Shown: positions 38,460 through 56,065 of the stretch, piece after piece
Layout of the letters: each line of letters begins with the position of its first letter
Numbering within the stretch: position 1 is the first letter of the stretch
Source of the DNA: Marsupella aquatica
Lineage: Eukaryota; Plantae; Marchantiophyta
DNA length: 64,000 nucleotides
Assembly (NCBI GenBank): GCA_973895155.1
Contig: OZ316898.1
Location: forward strand, 16,916,752 to 16,980,751
Direction of reading: 5' to 3'
Translations under genes and position numbers: made by a program
The notes under the pieces: generated by a model
Databases searched by the model: none
Told to the model about the DNA's origin: nothing
What the model saw: the letters and a program-made list of their open reading frames with translations, nothing else

Positions 38460-39750
38460 TAAGGAGACCAGCCCCAAGTTTCTACATTGGGAGAACCGTG
38501 TTGTGGTTTTTAAGACCAGCCCCAAATTGCTACACTAGAGTAAAAGGTCCGGAAGGATATTGTGTGGGACTCTCTGGCTTTCTGGTTCTTCGGTTTTCTT
38601 GGGTGGGGTTTTTCCCTTGTTTTCACCAGATTGTTGGGTCTCGTGCTGTTGGGATTGGCTTTTTTAGTTTTTTGGGCAGTGTGATCTACATAACTGTGTC
38701 TAAGTGAAAGGTTCATTCTGCACTTGTACATGCAGTACTTCTCGACGACTGCAATGTTTTCAATCGTGTGCTTACACAGATACGTGCTTTGTTGAGAACC
38801 AACCCAGATTTCTAGAGAACAGTGAAAGTTCCATTGCAGTTTGTGGGACTCTGGGGCCTTTTCGTTCTGGAGGTTTCTTGGGTGGGTTTTTAACCTTGTT
38901 TTCTCCAGTTTTTTGGGTTTCGTGCAGTTGGCATTGGCTAATTTTTTGTGGGTGGGGTAATCGTGCTCTGTATAACTGTGTCAAGTGTTAAAGCTTCATT
39001 CTGCACAAAAATGCAGTACGCAATAAGAGTTAATGGCTCTTCTTTACTACTGCAATATTCTCAGTAGGGTACTTACACAGCTAAGTGCATTATTGAGAAC
39101 CAACCCAATTTTCTAGAGAACAGTGAAAGTTCCATTGTAATTGTGTGGGACTCTGGACCTTTTGGTTCTATGGTTTTATTGGGTGAGATTCTTCCCTTGT
39201 TTTATCCACGTTTTGGGGTAGCGTGCCTTTGCACTATCGTGCCTTAAATCTACACCAAGCTAATATTCCCCAATTCTCTTAAGATCCGTACACTGACCCT
39301 CCCATATACATATATGGGTATACGTGTGTGTCAAAATGAAAGCTTCATCTTGCACTTATGCACAGAACTCACTGGTAAGCAAAAAATATGTAATTGCCTT
39401 TTTGACTACTGCGACGTTCTCAACAATGCACTTACACAGATAAGTGCATCATTGGGAACCAGCCCCACGTTTCCATTGCAGTTGTGTGGGACTCTATTTT
39501 AATTATATGGTTTTCTAGGGTGGGGTTTTATTCTTGTTTCCTCCCCTTTTTTGGGTCTTGTGCCTTTGGGATTTTTTTTAAAACATTGGCCAGGGCAGTG
39601 ATATATAGAATTGTGTCTAAGTGCATCTTCTCTGGAAGAAGGCTTGATCCTGCACGGAATGCACTGGGCAATGAGAGTTGAATGCACTTTTTGACTACTT
39701 GAATGGTTTCAATAATGCACCTACACATGTAAGTACATTATTCTGCTGTT
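38460..39750. repeat. Degenerate satellite, ~4 units of 280-340 bp
   Basis: TGTGGGACTCT at ~38563, 38842, 39144 and 39485; shared blocks TTGAGAACCAACCCA..TTTCTAGAGAACAGTGAAAGTTCCATTG, GTGTC(T/A)A and CTTACACAG. Confidence 0.8.
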
Positions 39751-40740
39751 ATGCACTTTTCCTACAAGAAATTGTGCTGATCTCAAAAAAGTGCACACGA
39801 ATTCTGTCACGCTTGCAGCCTGGTACCCTTGCCTCATGGATGGCGTAGTACTAAAACCCTCAGGCACCCTAAAGTGCAGCTTTCACCCTAAGTGAAATGA
39901 ACTTTCTCTTATTGATAATGGTTCTTTGTATACACTTTGCATTTGTTGGTTGCATAGAGCTGTCTTCTTGACTTTCAATGTCATCTGTTTGCAGGAGAGT
40001 ATATTGCTTGGGCATGCTTATTTCTCCAAGTCATTCATTGATCCTTGCAGGGCAGTGCACAATCTCTTGTATGAAACCCAATCTGATCACGCGTATATAT
40101 ACTATAGTGCCACACATACCACTACCATCTGTTGAGCATAGACGACGATCGCAACGGCAAGCCCATGAACCATCCAACGCACAATAGTCGACACAAGAGA
40201 TACGTGGTTCACCTCCTTGAGGCTACGTCCACGGGAACACACAAGAGAGCTTTACTGAACTCTAAGCCCGTCGGCTATACCGAGTCTCCACAGTGTAAGC
40301 TCTCCCTATCTCTCAAGTGGTTCCATAACAATGAGCCTTGGTTCTACCTCTCCAAGCACACATGCCTCTTATGATATAGTGTGCAACTTGTTGTACCTAA
40401 TCACGTAGTTGTACCTAATCACGTAGTTGTACCTAACCACATAGTTGTACCTAATCACGTAGTTGTACCTAACCACGTAGTTGTACCAACCCACGTTGTT
40501 GTACCAACCACGTCATACCTAACCTAGACGTAAGAGTAAATACCCAACAATCTTCCCCTTGACTCTGGTCTAGGGGAGAGTAATACTGCCAATGTATATG
40601 ATCCCTCAGCGGGAAGTTCTGGACAAAAACCAAATCGGTTTCCCTCTCTAACTAGAGCAAACCAGAACTAAGCCGTAGCCTAATACATAGGAATGAGGAA
40701 GAGCATATATCAGTAATTACAATGAATGTTTAAGAAAACT

Positions 40741-43700
40741 CTACTTGTGATGCAATTGCAAAACCTGCAATACGTCACGGTGTCTAGAAAAACTCTCCAA
40801 AGGAATCACTTTGATAAATGCGTCAGCCGGGTTGAGTTTACCATCAATCTTGACTAGCTCAAACAAATTATCAAACACAGCCTGCCTGATAAAATGGTAC
40901 CTAACGTCAATGTGCTTCACTCTGCTGTCCATCACCTGGTTCACAGCAAGGTGGAGCGCACTTTGACTATCACAATGGAGCTTCACATTCCCCTGTGGCA
41001 ATCCCATTTCAGTGATAAGTCTATCCAACCAAATCGCTTCCTTTGCTGCTTCCGCAGCTGCAACATACTCCGCTTCTGTAGTAGACTGAGCAATACACTT
41101 CTGCAAAGTAGACCTCCAACTTATGCATCCACCGCCAAGTGTGAACACGTATCCTGTTGTTGATCTCCTTCGGTCCAAATCTTGTCCATAGTCAGAATCA
41201 ACATAGCCAATCAATGATTTAGCATTCTTTGCATTCGCATCAAATAAAAGACCATGATCCACGGTACCCTTCAAGTACCTGATAATCCACTTCACTGCTT
41301 CCCAGTGTACCTTCCCTGGATTCGACATGTACCTGCTCACCTTGCCCATAGCCATGGCAAGATTAGGTCTAGTGCAAGTCATCAAATACATGAGACTCCC
41401 CACTGCCTTGTCATACGGAACCTTTGACATCAACCCCTTCTCTGTGTCATCCGTAGGACAGAATGCTGATGATAACTTGAAGTGTGGAGCCAATGGGGTA
41501 CTTACTGGCTTGCTATTCCCCATGTTGAACCTTGCAATTACCTTCCTCGCATAACTGCTCTGCGTCAACCATAGCTTGCCAGCCTCCAAGTCCCTAGTGA
41601 TCTCCATACCCAAAATCCTCTTAGCTGGCCCTAAGTCCTTCATCTTAAACTTTGCACTAAGCAGTGCCTTGAGCTTAACAATCTCAGACCTATCCTTGGC
41701 TGCAATTAGCATATCATCCACATAAAGTACTAAAACAATGAACCCAAAGACAACATTCTTTACCGGTTTCAAATACACACAAGGGTCAAATACACTTCTG
41801 TGAAAACCTTGTGATCGAATCCAATCGTCAAACCGCTTGTTCCATTGTCTTGGTGACTGCTTCAACCCATACAAGGATTTCAGCAATCTGCAAACCAATT
41901 CCTCCTGTCCTCTCTTCACAAAACCTAGCGGTTGTCTCATGAAGATCACCTCTTCCAATGTGCCATAGAGGAAAGCTGTGATAACATCCATCTGATCTAG
42001 CAGCAGACCAAACATTACAACAAGTACACACAATAGTCGTATTGTAGAGTACTTAGCAACTGGTGAGAAGACCTCATTGTAATCCACACCTTTCTCTTGT
42101 GTGAATCCCTTTGCTACCAATCTAGCCTTGTAGACCTTCGATCCACCTCCTATGGAATTATCCTTCAGCTTGTAAATCCACTTGCTGTCCACCACTTGCT
42201 GACCCTTAGGCAGCTTAACAAGCTCCCAAGTTTTGTTGTCCTTTAGTGACTGCATCTCCGTTTGCATTGCTGCAGTCCACTTCTGCTTCTCCTTTGAAGC
42301 ACTTGCCTCATGAAATGAAGAAGGTTCCCCTTCTTCCAAAATTAACGCATCACCCTCATCATCAGTTGTAAAATCATCCTCTTGCAGTTGAGATGAATCA
42401 ACCCACTGTCCATACCTTGGTGGAGCGCGTACAGTGCGACCAGATGTTCTTCTAGCCGATAACTCCGGTTGATCTGCGTGTGCTGGTACAATTTGAAGCT
42501 CAACAACATCCACTTGCTGCTCACCAGCATCAACAAACTCCTCTGGTTCCTCTGGCACAGGAACCAGCTCCATAATTGGAGCAACTCCTTCTCTCCGGTC
42601 ATGCACCTCATAACCAATCTCCCCCTCAAGGAGATCCGGGATAGGAGATTTTCCTTTGTCAGTACGGGAGACTTGAGTATTCTCCCCCTCCTTCAATAAT
42701 CTGGATTCATTGAAGGAAACATCCCTACTGACAACGAGCTTACAGGCAATAGGATCCCATAGCCTATAGGCTTTCACACCACTCTGGTATCCAAGAAAAA
42801 CACATTTCCTGGAGGTAGGATCCAACTTGGTCCTATTCTGCTTCGGTGTGAGAGCATATGCATCACTTCCAAAAACTACCAAGCCATGATAGTCTGCTTG
42901 CCGCTTATAGCGCATCTCAAACGGCGTTTTGAAATTGATAGCACTAGAAGGAGAAAGATTTACCAAATAAGCTGCGGTATTGACAGCTTCTGCCCAAAAT
43001 TCTTGTGGTAAACCTGATTGGCTCAACATACTCCGTGACCGCTCCAACAGTGTCCGATTGAGCCTCTCAGCGACACCATTCTGCTGCGGAGTATAAACTA
43101 TGGTGAGATGGCGAGTTATCCCCTGTTCTGAACAGTACTCTTCAAATTCCATTGAAGTGTACTCCCCGTCGTTGTCTGACCTCAGACTCTTCACCCTTGT
43201 ATCCAAACACTTGATCGTGTTTCCAGTCTGATTCTCCACCTGGGCCTTCCACTTTTTAAAAATGGACAAGACATTAGACTTATGCGTCATGAAATAAATC
43301 CACACAAATCTTGAGTAATCATCAATAAATGATACATAGTACAACTTTCCAGAGTGTGAGGGAGTCGGAGATGGACCCCACACGTCACTATGTATGTACT
43401 CAAGAACCACTTTGGAATGATGAGTTCCAACACCAAAAGCACGACGATGCTACTTTCCAAGAATGCAATGCTCACAAAACTCTAATTTACAAGATTGCAA
43501 ATCAGAAATGAGTCCATTCTTCCGTAAGATAGCCAAACCCTTCTCACTCATGTGGCCTAGCCGTGAATGCCACAGTTGAGTCATCTCCTCGTGAGACTTG
43601 GTTACATTGGCCTCTCCACATACAATATTGCCTTGTAACACATACAAATTCTTTTGTCTACTCCCCTTCAAAATCATTGTTTCTCCCGACCTAACTTGAA

Positions 43701-44013
43701 GTTCACCATCAATAACGCTCCATTGATGACCATTTGAATCCAACACACCGAGTGAAATCAGATTCTTACGCATGCCAGGTACATACCTGACTCCGGACAC
43801 TGTGCGCACAACGCCATCAAACATTTGAATCTTCACAGACCCAATTCCCTCAATTTGACAGGAGTGATCATTTCCCATCAGAATTGAACCGTTTGAAACA
43901 GAGTAAGAACTGAAAAACTCACGAATGTAACAAATATGAAAAGAGCAAGCACAATCAAGAATCTACACATCATCTGCTCTCCTAGATGACGTGCACAGGG
44001 CATACCCCCAGCT
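40741..44013 (-). pseudogene. pol: copia pol, copy 2; stops at ~43963 and 43450
   Basis: Same motifs as copy 1; 889-aa open stretch at 40741-43410. Confidence 0.95.
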
Positions 44014-44871
44014 TCATAAAACATACTCATCATTGAGTAAATCAGCTTCTCCATCAGCCCTAGCCATATTTGCCGATGAAGTTTCCGCTGCCTTTCCCTT
44101 ACAGTCTCGCTTGAAGTGTCCAACTTGGTTGCACTTCCAACATGTCACCTGCCTCCTCTGAGGGGATTTACCCTTGGACTTAGATCTGGATTTAGATCTA
44201 AACTGGGTTCTACGGTCCCCAGTTGGTCGCTGCATACTCCTCCCACGGTTAACATTGAGGGCAGCACCAGATGATGAAGGCTGTGACGTGATGTGCATCT
44301 TCTGCTGAAGATCATCACTAAGCAGAGAACTTACCACGTCATTGTATGAAATGGTATCCCTATCACGATGCAACAACACTCGTGATAGGGACTGGTAAGA
44401 TGGAGGCAATGAACTAAGAAGCTGCAGAGCCTTCGTCTCATCATTCAAAGTCTCCCCAAGGTTTTCCAAGTCAACGACCATGTCGTTGAAAGCATCCACA
44501 TGGTCTTGCAACTTCGTACCAGATTCCTTCATCCTGAAACTCATCAGTTTGTAGGAAGTGTAGAGCCGGTTCGACAACTCCTTGCGGTGATACTTGCTCT
44601 GCAATTCCGCAAACAAGGACATGCAATCCTTATGTGCACCCAACTGCTTGATGATGGGAGGCATGAGATAGAGTGTAACACACCACACTCCCTGCTCCTG
44701 CATGCGGTCCCATTGTTTCTCATCAACATCGTCTTCACGAGGGCTCAGCAGTTGGCCCATCCCTGACGCATAAAGCACTCCCTTCACCTGCTTCTCCCAT
44801 AGCAAGTAGTCAGAGCGCCCATCATACTTTGTCACTTCATACTTGGGTCCCCCAAGCTTGAAAGTCCCCAT
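44014..44871 (-). CDS. gag: copia gag, copy 2 (open frame)
   Basis: MGTFKLGGPKYEVTKYDG...CWKCNQVGHFKRDC...DEYVL*. The frame is also open upstream of this ATG. Confidence 0.88.
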   Translation of the reverse strand: MGTFKLGGPKYEVTKYDGRSDYLLWEKQVKGVLYASGMGQLLSPREDDVDEKQWDRMQEQGVWCVTLYLMPPIIKQLGAHKDCMSLFAELQSKYHRKELSNRLYTSYKLMSFRMKESGTKLQDHVDAFNDMVVDLENLGETLNDETKALQLLSSLPPSYQSLSRVLLHRDRDTISYNDVVSSLLSDDLQQKMHITSQPSSSGAALNVNRGRSMQRPTGDRRTQFRSKSRSKSKGKSPQRRQVTCWKCNQVGHFKRDCKGKAAETSSANMARADGEADLLNDEYVL

Positions 44872-46811
44872 CTTCTTCTTTACCTTGAGCTCCGGTAGTA
44901 GTACTGCTTCCTCCACCACACGCCGCACCGGTGATGGTATCGGTGTCACGTGCTCTTCCTCCTGCTCCTCTCTCTGCCCCTGAAACCTCCGCGGTGATCC
45001 TCATGCTTCAAGTTCCACGTCTTCGAAAAACTCCTCCGAATCACTCATATAAGAAAGTCACAAAAAATGTTGTTTTTCACAACTTCTCAAAAAACTCGAA
45101 ACTCAACACCGCCGCGTAGCCCACAAAGCTAGGAGTCCAATACTGAAAACCAAAATCAAAATCGAAATTTGACGGAAAAGTTATTCAAATTTCGGTCGAG
45201 GTGGGTAAAACCTTGGGAAACTCCCCCGTTTTGACCACCTCAGGGAATAACCGAAATACCAAGTACAACCCGTTGTCGGAATTGCGATGTGATTGGTGCG
45301 CTGCATTGCCAACTTCAATGGCTATGACCTCGCCGAAAAATAACCAAAAAAGTTACCGTTCGGCGGATGAAATCTTTGTCGAACGGTCAAAAAATAGCTC
45401 TCTGGTTTTTTGGAATATTCTATGACCCTTGTACAGGCCCTGTGGGAATTTTGGAAGAACAATCGAGGGGCTGACATGTGTCCTCGAACCCCCAAAACCC
45501 CCTACCACCCTTCGTCGTCGAAATCTGGTCGCGCGCGCAGAAAATACACACGGCAGAATGTACCCCTCGACACCAAACGCAAGATATCTCACTCGGGTTT
45601 TGACGAAATCAAGATCCGATTTCAGATTTGGAAAGTAGACTCCGAGGCGATGAAGATCGATATAAGAAGCACCCAAAACGAGGAAAGAACGAGGGAGAAA
45701 AAAATTGGTAAAGATGACAGATTTCTCTCAATTGCCATAGCCAATTTCGAATCAGTTTTTCAAAGAGAAATAAATGGTACCTTGTCAACAACGAATGTTG
45801 ATCAATTGCACTTGGTGCCGTCACCAAGTCCAACAAGGTAATTGATTTTGCTTAGCCTTCCTCTTTGCATCAAAGAGCCAAAACAATCGTCTTGCCTCAA
45901 TCTCTCCGTTGAGTCAAAACACTTGACGTTTCTCCCTCCGAGTCGATTGCCAACTTTCTTCACAAAATCCAGAACGACGAAAACTTAGATCTCTCTGCAC
46001 CACGAGCTCCGTTCAACGATTTCTTCACACCGTTAGAAAGCTCTTGCCCTGATCTATCCGTTGAGCCCATAAACTCCAAGTTCCATGCGATGGAACTCTG
46101 GAAAATCCACCAACACTCAACGCTGGAAAACCGTCATGAAATCCCGTCACGAACATACGTCACCTCCCAAGCATGCTCTGATACCAATTGTTGAGCATAG
46201 ACGACGATCGCAACGGCAAGCCCATGAACCATCTAACGCACAATAGTCGACACAAGAGATACGTGGTTCACCTCCTTGAGGCTACGGCCATGAGAACACA
46301 CAAGAGAGCTTTGCTGAACTCTAAGCCCGTCGGCTATACCGAGTCTCCACAGTGTAAGCTTTCCCTATCTCTCAAGTGGCTCCATAACAATGAGCCTTGG
46401 TTCTACCTCTCCAAGCACACATGCCTCTTATGATATAGTGTGCAACTTAGTTGTACCTAACCACATAGTTGTACCTAATCACGTAGTTGTACCTAACCAC
46501 ATAGTTGTACCTAATCACGTAGTTGTACCTAACCACATAGTTGTACCTAATCACGTAGTTGTACCTAACCACGTAGTTGTACCAACCCACGTTGTTGTAC
46601 CAACCACGTCATACCTAACCTAGACGTAAGAGTAAATACCCAACACCATCTAATAGGGTGTCTCAAATGTTCAAAATTAGCCATAAAATAATGGTCATAA
46701 CTTTTTCACAAGGGAATGTAAAAGTCTTGTTTGTTTGTTTTTCTCATTCACTTCTACCAATCACAAGAATTGCAATGAATGCTCATCGTTTAGTCTATTT
46801 TGGTGTCTGTG

Positions 46812-46911
46812 GGGGTGTTTGTGACCAAGTGCCGGCACCAGGCTGAAGCTGGTCAAGGTGTTTGTGGGGGTGTTTGTGACCAAGTGCCAGCACCAGGCTG
46901 AAGCTGGTCAA
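46812..46911. repeat. Tandem duplication with ~55-bp period
   Basis: GGGGTGTTTGTGACCAAGTGCC(G/A)GCACCAGGCTGAAGCTGGTCAA twice. Confidence 0.9.
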
Positions 46912-46969
46912 AGCAACTAAATGTTGCGGCCTCAGCCTAACCATACAGAACATTTTAAGTGCTAGCTGC

Positions 46970-47935
46970 ATGTGAACCCCACTTTGGGGGAGGATGTGTG
47001 TTAACGCTGGTGGAATCAGGAAAATTACATGTGTCACTAGAGATGCCTGAACCCCACTTGGGGGAAGGGGGCGCTGTGTGTTAAAAGGGCTAAAATTAGG
47101 CAAGCAAGGTTTGAACCGGTAACCCCTCTCATCCCACTCTTGCACTCTACCACCGGCCTGTGGCCTGTTGGATGACAACAATGATTTTGCTACGTATTTA
47201 GTTTCAATCTGCGGGCAGCAAACTTGCACCGACCGGCTACCTGCATGGCGCTTGTACAACAAACAACATTTAATGCGACTCCCATGACTTATAGAAGGAA
47301 ATGTTCTCTCACTAGCCTCTACACCGACCATTGGGCATGGCATACCACCAATCTTTATGGCAAAAAGTCATGGACTATGAATTTTGCAGTGCATAACATT
47401 TTGTCTCCCTAACCCATAATTATAGAGTTAAGGTCCATCAAATTTTGAATCACTTCTACGAGTAACATGTTCAGCCTTTAATAGTGTTCTGTAGCTTCTT
47501 TGGACTCTAGTGATTCTTGACCGGTAACTTGTACAGCAGGGTAACTTGTACAGCAGGTTCCCCTCTGGAATCAAAAAAAGTTTTGAGTGTCACTTGAGGC
47601 ACCTGAACCCCACTTTTTGGGGGTTATGTGTGTAAACTCTGTGGGAATCAAAAAAAAGTTATGTGTGTAACCAGAGGCCTCTCAACCCCACTTTTGGGGA
47701 GGATGTGTGTTAAAAGGCTCGAGATGAGTTTTGAACCCGGCACCTGAGGCACCCCACTCTCGCCTCCTACCAGTTATCCACAGACTGCAGGATGTTCAAG
47801 TGCATCTTTTCTAGGTAATTTTGTTTGCCTGCGGGCATCAAACCTGCAACTACCGGCTACCGGCAGCCAACGACTAAAATAGCAAGCACAACGCGATAGT
47901 ATTTAATGTGAATCCTGTGATTTATAGAAGGAAAT
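46970..47935 (-). mobile_element. Two diverged ~330-bp copies (46970-47305, 47600-47935) of a possible tRNA-derived SINE-like repeat
   Basis: Shared AACCCCACTTTGGGG...TGTGTGTTAA subrepeats, ACCGGCTACC and TTATAGAAGGAAAT. The minus strand shows A-box-like (GGCCGGTGGTAGA / GGATAACTGGTAGG) and B-box-like (GGTTCAAACC / GGTTCAAAAC) motifs about 30 nt apart. Confidence 0.4.
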
Positions 47936-50658
47936 AAATTTTGAGCTTTGAGATGCCCTAATAAATGAGGGGCGAGTGAACCCTGGAAGTGCATTCATGG
48001 CACTGTGAGGGTGTCTGCGCCTACCGCCGGTTATGTGCTCGAGCTATTTCCACATGAAATAGATATAAATGCTAAGAATGGGAGATATATATTTTTTGCA
48101 CAGTAAGCTTTGGGTAGTGTGCCAGTAGATCACCTGAGTGGCTGAGTGGGGAGGCAAAGGTGCAGTGTTCAGAACTCCTTGTCTGCACATTCTTTTTTAC
48201 AAATGCAACCAAAAAGTGGTGTTGGGACTTGGAAAAACTGGCATAATTTCAGTCTGTGTGTGGGCAACAGACAGCCAGCAGAGAGTCCAAATTGCAATAA
48301 ATGCATTCCCAGGGATTTGCCTCCCTACAATAAATGCACTTCAATCAATTTGTGTCCCTCAATTCTAATGAAGCACAAGCAAAATAGGTCTTACAATCTA
48401 GAGTGAGGGCACAACTAACATTCGGGTTGCCTGCAAAGTCACATTGTCTGCAAAGTCACCAACATACATGGAAAAAGGATGTACGTTGCATTTATGATGA
48501 CCAACACATCAGCACCTTCAAGCCTATCTCTGAGGATGGCTTTAAAAGACAATTGGGCACTTGTGAATTTTCCACCAAAGCAAAGTGGAGGGCCATTTCA
48601 GATACTAAAGATACAGTACTTGGCTAAAATGGTTTTGGAATCCTTCTATGCCCCCAACTTCCTGTAAAGCTAATCTCAGCAAATGATGGTGGAGTAATTG
48701 TTAAGAGACAAATTGGGGACCCACTCCACCTCTAGAACCAGTCTAGCTCTGATAGGAGAAGAGATCTCATGACTGACTTGTGGGTCCAATTTTGTTGCAA
48801 ATGACTCAAAAATAGGAATGGACCAAGCGACCATCCAGATGAAGACACCTCCAAGGGAAGTGGTCTTAAGTATTGGACAAATATGTACTCCACATAGGCA
48901 AAAAATTTGGCTTCACTGCGTTCCATGTAGGTTGTGCAAGAAAGTATCTGTCTCCACTTAAAGTATAATGAAATTCAGCTGCACCTCCCCAATGGATGGC
49001 CCTGATCACATTATGTATACCAGAAAAAATGGAAACAACCACAACTCCCTGTCAAGCCAACCTTATTCCCCGCAATTGGTTCAAATTGATGTACGTGTGT
49101 TATTTTTAAAAGTTTTCCCTTTTAAAACACTAGCCCAGATGACCTTTTCCTTGAGCATAAATAGATATAAAGGAAAATCTTGCACAATACAATTTATATG
49201 TTGTTTTGGTTAGTCTTTGACTCATCGTTGTTCTTTGTCCATCCTCATTTTAGTTTTGTCTTTATTTAGAGTCAATGTCACTTTTATCCATCCTCATTTA
49301 AAATTTTGACCTTATTGAACCTCATTATCAGTTTTGTCTGTAGTGGGAGTTACGGTCTAGAGTGAAGGGTCTAGAGGCTTCACTCTAGACCTAGGCCCTT
49401 AGTTCACTCTAGACCTAGGCCCGTAAGAGTAGACTTCAATTGTCTCTTTTATAGTAAGATAAGTTGCTCTTTGTGAAGGCAAGGACAACCATTGATTTAC
49501 TCACAAAGATAATAAATTATTTTGTCAGGGTTGTACAACGGTTCATTCCCAATGACGGAAGCTTGATAAGAGCTGGCTTTTTAGATGGAGAACTACTTTA
49601 AAGACACTAGAGTTTAGGCTTTAAAAAGTTTTTTGGGGCAAACCTTTGCAGAGAACTTTAGTGGGGGTGACGTGGAAAACTACCTGGCACCACACAAGGG
49701 GGACAGGACAGTACTCACCATCTAGTTTCAAGTAAAGCTCAGGACAATATGACCAAAGTCAAGAAGTCACACCAACAGTGAGTAACGAAGACCACAGAAA
49801 CAAAGTCATCATTCCTCACTTCAGTTTTTTTATATATAATGAACCCCAAATTCTTCTTTGTGGCTAACTCCCCACTGGTGGTTTGTTAGTGGCAGCATTC
49901 TCCCAATGGTGAAGTTGCTTTAACATCTTAGCTCATCCTTAAACCATCAAAACGTGGAACACCAGGTATCACTTGTTAGACCTCTGGTGACAACTTTTTG
50001 CAATAATGAACAGTATATAGAGAAATCACTCACCGCTCACAATTGTAGTGGCAAAGGTTTTCTTCAACTTATCCATTGAAGCGTTTGTCGTAATACTACA
50101 CCGAGCTCATTGTCTACACTCAAAGTAATTACTTACTCATCCTTTGTTGGGTCCGGTGATGATTCGTTTTTGCACTGACTCATAGTAGTGTCAGTGTCGC
50201 AACAGGAAGGTGCTTGTTGATGTTGCTCTTATATACACAACCTTTCACTGGTGTCCATTCAAGCCCTCCCCAATTAATTATGTGTGGATGCAAATGAATA
50301 TGCCATATCATGTATGACAATTAGAAGGATTTCATTTACTTTTTTCCTCCCCCACTCCCACCCGACTTCTTGGTTTTCTCTACCAGTAATGTCATGCAGG
50401 CCAGGTACAAATTCATCAATCCCACATAAGGCAAACCACAATCAACTCATAGTCAGGGATTCTTGTCCCGAAGAAAAGCACTAGACCTCTGCACAAGCAA
50501 AGGCAAATGTGACTCATCTTCAGGCAGAGTTGGAGTTTTGTAGGAAATGTCTTTTGTCCAATGAAAACAGACACTCTGCAGGAGGGTGGTGTGAGTGAAC
50601 GTCACCTTTCTCGCACGAAAACACTAGCCTGGCTTAGATCACACGTTTGTGCAACTAT

Positions 50659-50762
50659 TTTGTGTATTGAAGTTCATCTGGACAGGTACCGAACCATGAA
50701 CTCCTAAAACCACTAGTTTGTGTATTAAAGTTCATCTGGACAGGTAACAAACCATGAACTCC
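50659..50762. repeat. Tandem duplication with ~58-bp period
   Basis: TTTGTGTATT(G/A)AAGTTCATCTGGACAGGTA...AACCATGAACTCC twice. Confidence 0.9.
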
Positions 50763-52023
50763 CAAACCAGGACCCAAGCTATGTGGTCACAAAATTGAAC
50801 AATACAATTTGTGACAAAACTGTGTACAATACTGTGCTTATACAAATTGTGACAACTCTGTGTACAACACTGTGCACAATGCAGTTGGGGGCCTGAAAAC
50901 AATTTGTGACAATACAGTGGACAGTGCTGTTCACAATGCGGTTGGGGTCATTTTCAGGCCCCCATCACAGTACTGAACTGAAGTCACCAATAAACCTGAA
51001 CACAGCTCGTTTTGAAGTAATTTAGAATGTACTGTGGCGCTTGTTAAGCGCTCCAGAAGGTTCGAGATATTTTGAAAAAAATTAACTTAATCGCCATGTC
51101 AAGGTTTCTAAAAGGGTCTGAGATATTTTTTAGACAACAAAATGGGCACATGACAGTTCACATTATAGCTTTCTACATCCAAGAGTTAGTGTAAGAGGTA
51201 TACCTGCCCAGTTTCAGATACTTTCCCAAAGATTTAAGATACTGCTCTAGAGAGCTCAAAAATATGCACAGGTCATCAAAACCGACTCAATGGTCAGGGA
51301 GAGTAAAGGCAAAACAAAGGGCTCTCTTTCGTAAGAGTAGATTTTCCTTTTGTTTTGGAAGGGGAAGCATCGAACCAAATTCAAACATTTCATGGTAGAC
51401 AAATGAACCTTTGGAGACCAGCACGGCACCCAGAAACAGAAACTGTCAAACGCCTGACGTAGAGATGTCAATTCAAGGTCAACACATGCGCACTACTAGA
51501 ATCGACCCGGCTCAACACCATTTAAATGAGCATCCAACTATCCTTCATCAGATCTCGTCAATAATCTGGCCGTCTACTCCAGAATAGACAAGGTGAATGA
51601 ATGCTCTTTCTTTGTGATCAAATTTCAAACATACAGTAGTTCACCAGTGGTATGTACCTTTGCTGCCGAGGGTAAGGGACTGAAATGAAAGGGGTAGCTC
51701 ATCAAAAACGGATACGCCTGTTGGGTGTATGGAAAGAAGGCAGAGAGGGAAAATAGGTGAAATATGGGTCTAGAGGACCAGAGCGCAACTTCACCCTTCC
51801 TCATTAAAATCTCTAATCTTCCCGCCTCTTGAGACTAGTGAAGGAAATGTAGCCATTAGTTATGTCAGCTTACTGACGGTCCAAACAGGGAAAATAACTC
51901 CAAATCTGCTTGAGATCTCAGGGTGAAATAGAAATTTTTAACGCCCGCTTGACTGAGGAGCGAAGACTCATAAACACAGACCTCAGTCAATTTTGCTGTG
52001 GGTCAAAGAGAACGACTGTCCCC

Positions 52024-55809
<3,786 letters not shown>

Positions 55810-56065
55810 TTTGCAAGGAAATCGTTCGATACCGAAGGATTCAAAGGAGGATCCAAGACGAATTCAAGACATTCGCCTCAGCATTGGGAACAGAATTGCT
55901 AAAATGTTGTGCTGAACGTCCAAACGAGTCGAAAAGTGTAACCAGTCCTCTAAACCCCTCCGAATTCTTGGGGCTCTACTGTAGTCCTTTGTCATCGTGC
56001 TGCTCTGGTTTTTGCGTTGGCCTGAATGCCTCATCGTTTTATGAACCCTGTCGTCTTAACGTCTA

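Larger units (their letters stand above)
40130..46645 (-). mobile_element. Ty1/copia LTR retrotransposon copy 2 (same family, 6516 bp)
   Basis: LTRs at 46189-46645 (5', 457 bp, eight 18-bp units) and 40130-40549 (3', 420 bp, six units); TSD CCATC (40125-40129, 46646-46650); PBS at 46175-46186. Confidence 0.97.

Noticed and set aside
44955-45856. Copy-2-specific segment as a GC-AG intron spliced out in copy 1
   Set aside because: The donor AG|GCTAAG is non-consensus and the acceptor side is purine-rich; the 7-bp direct repeat is a simpler explanation.
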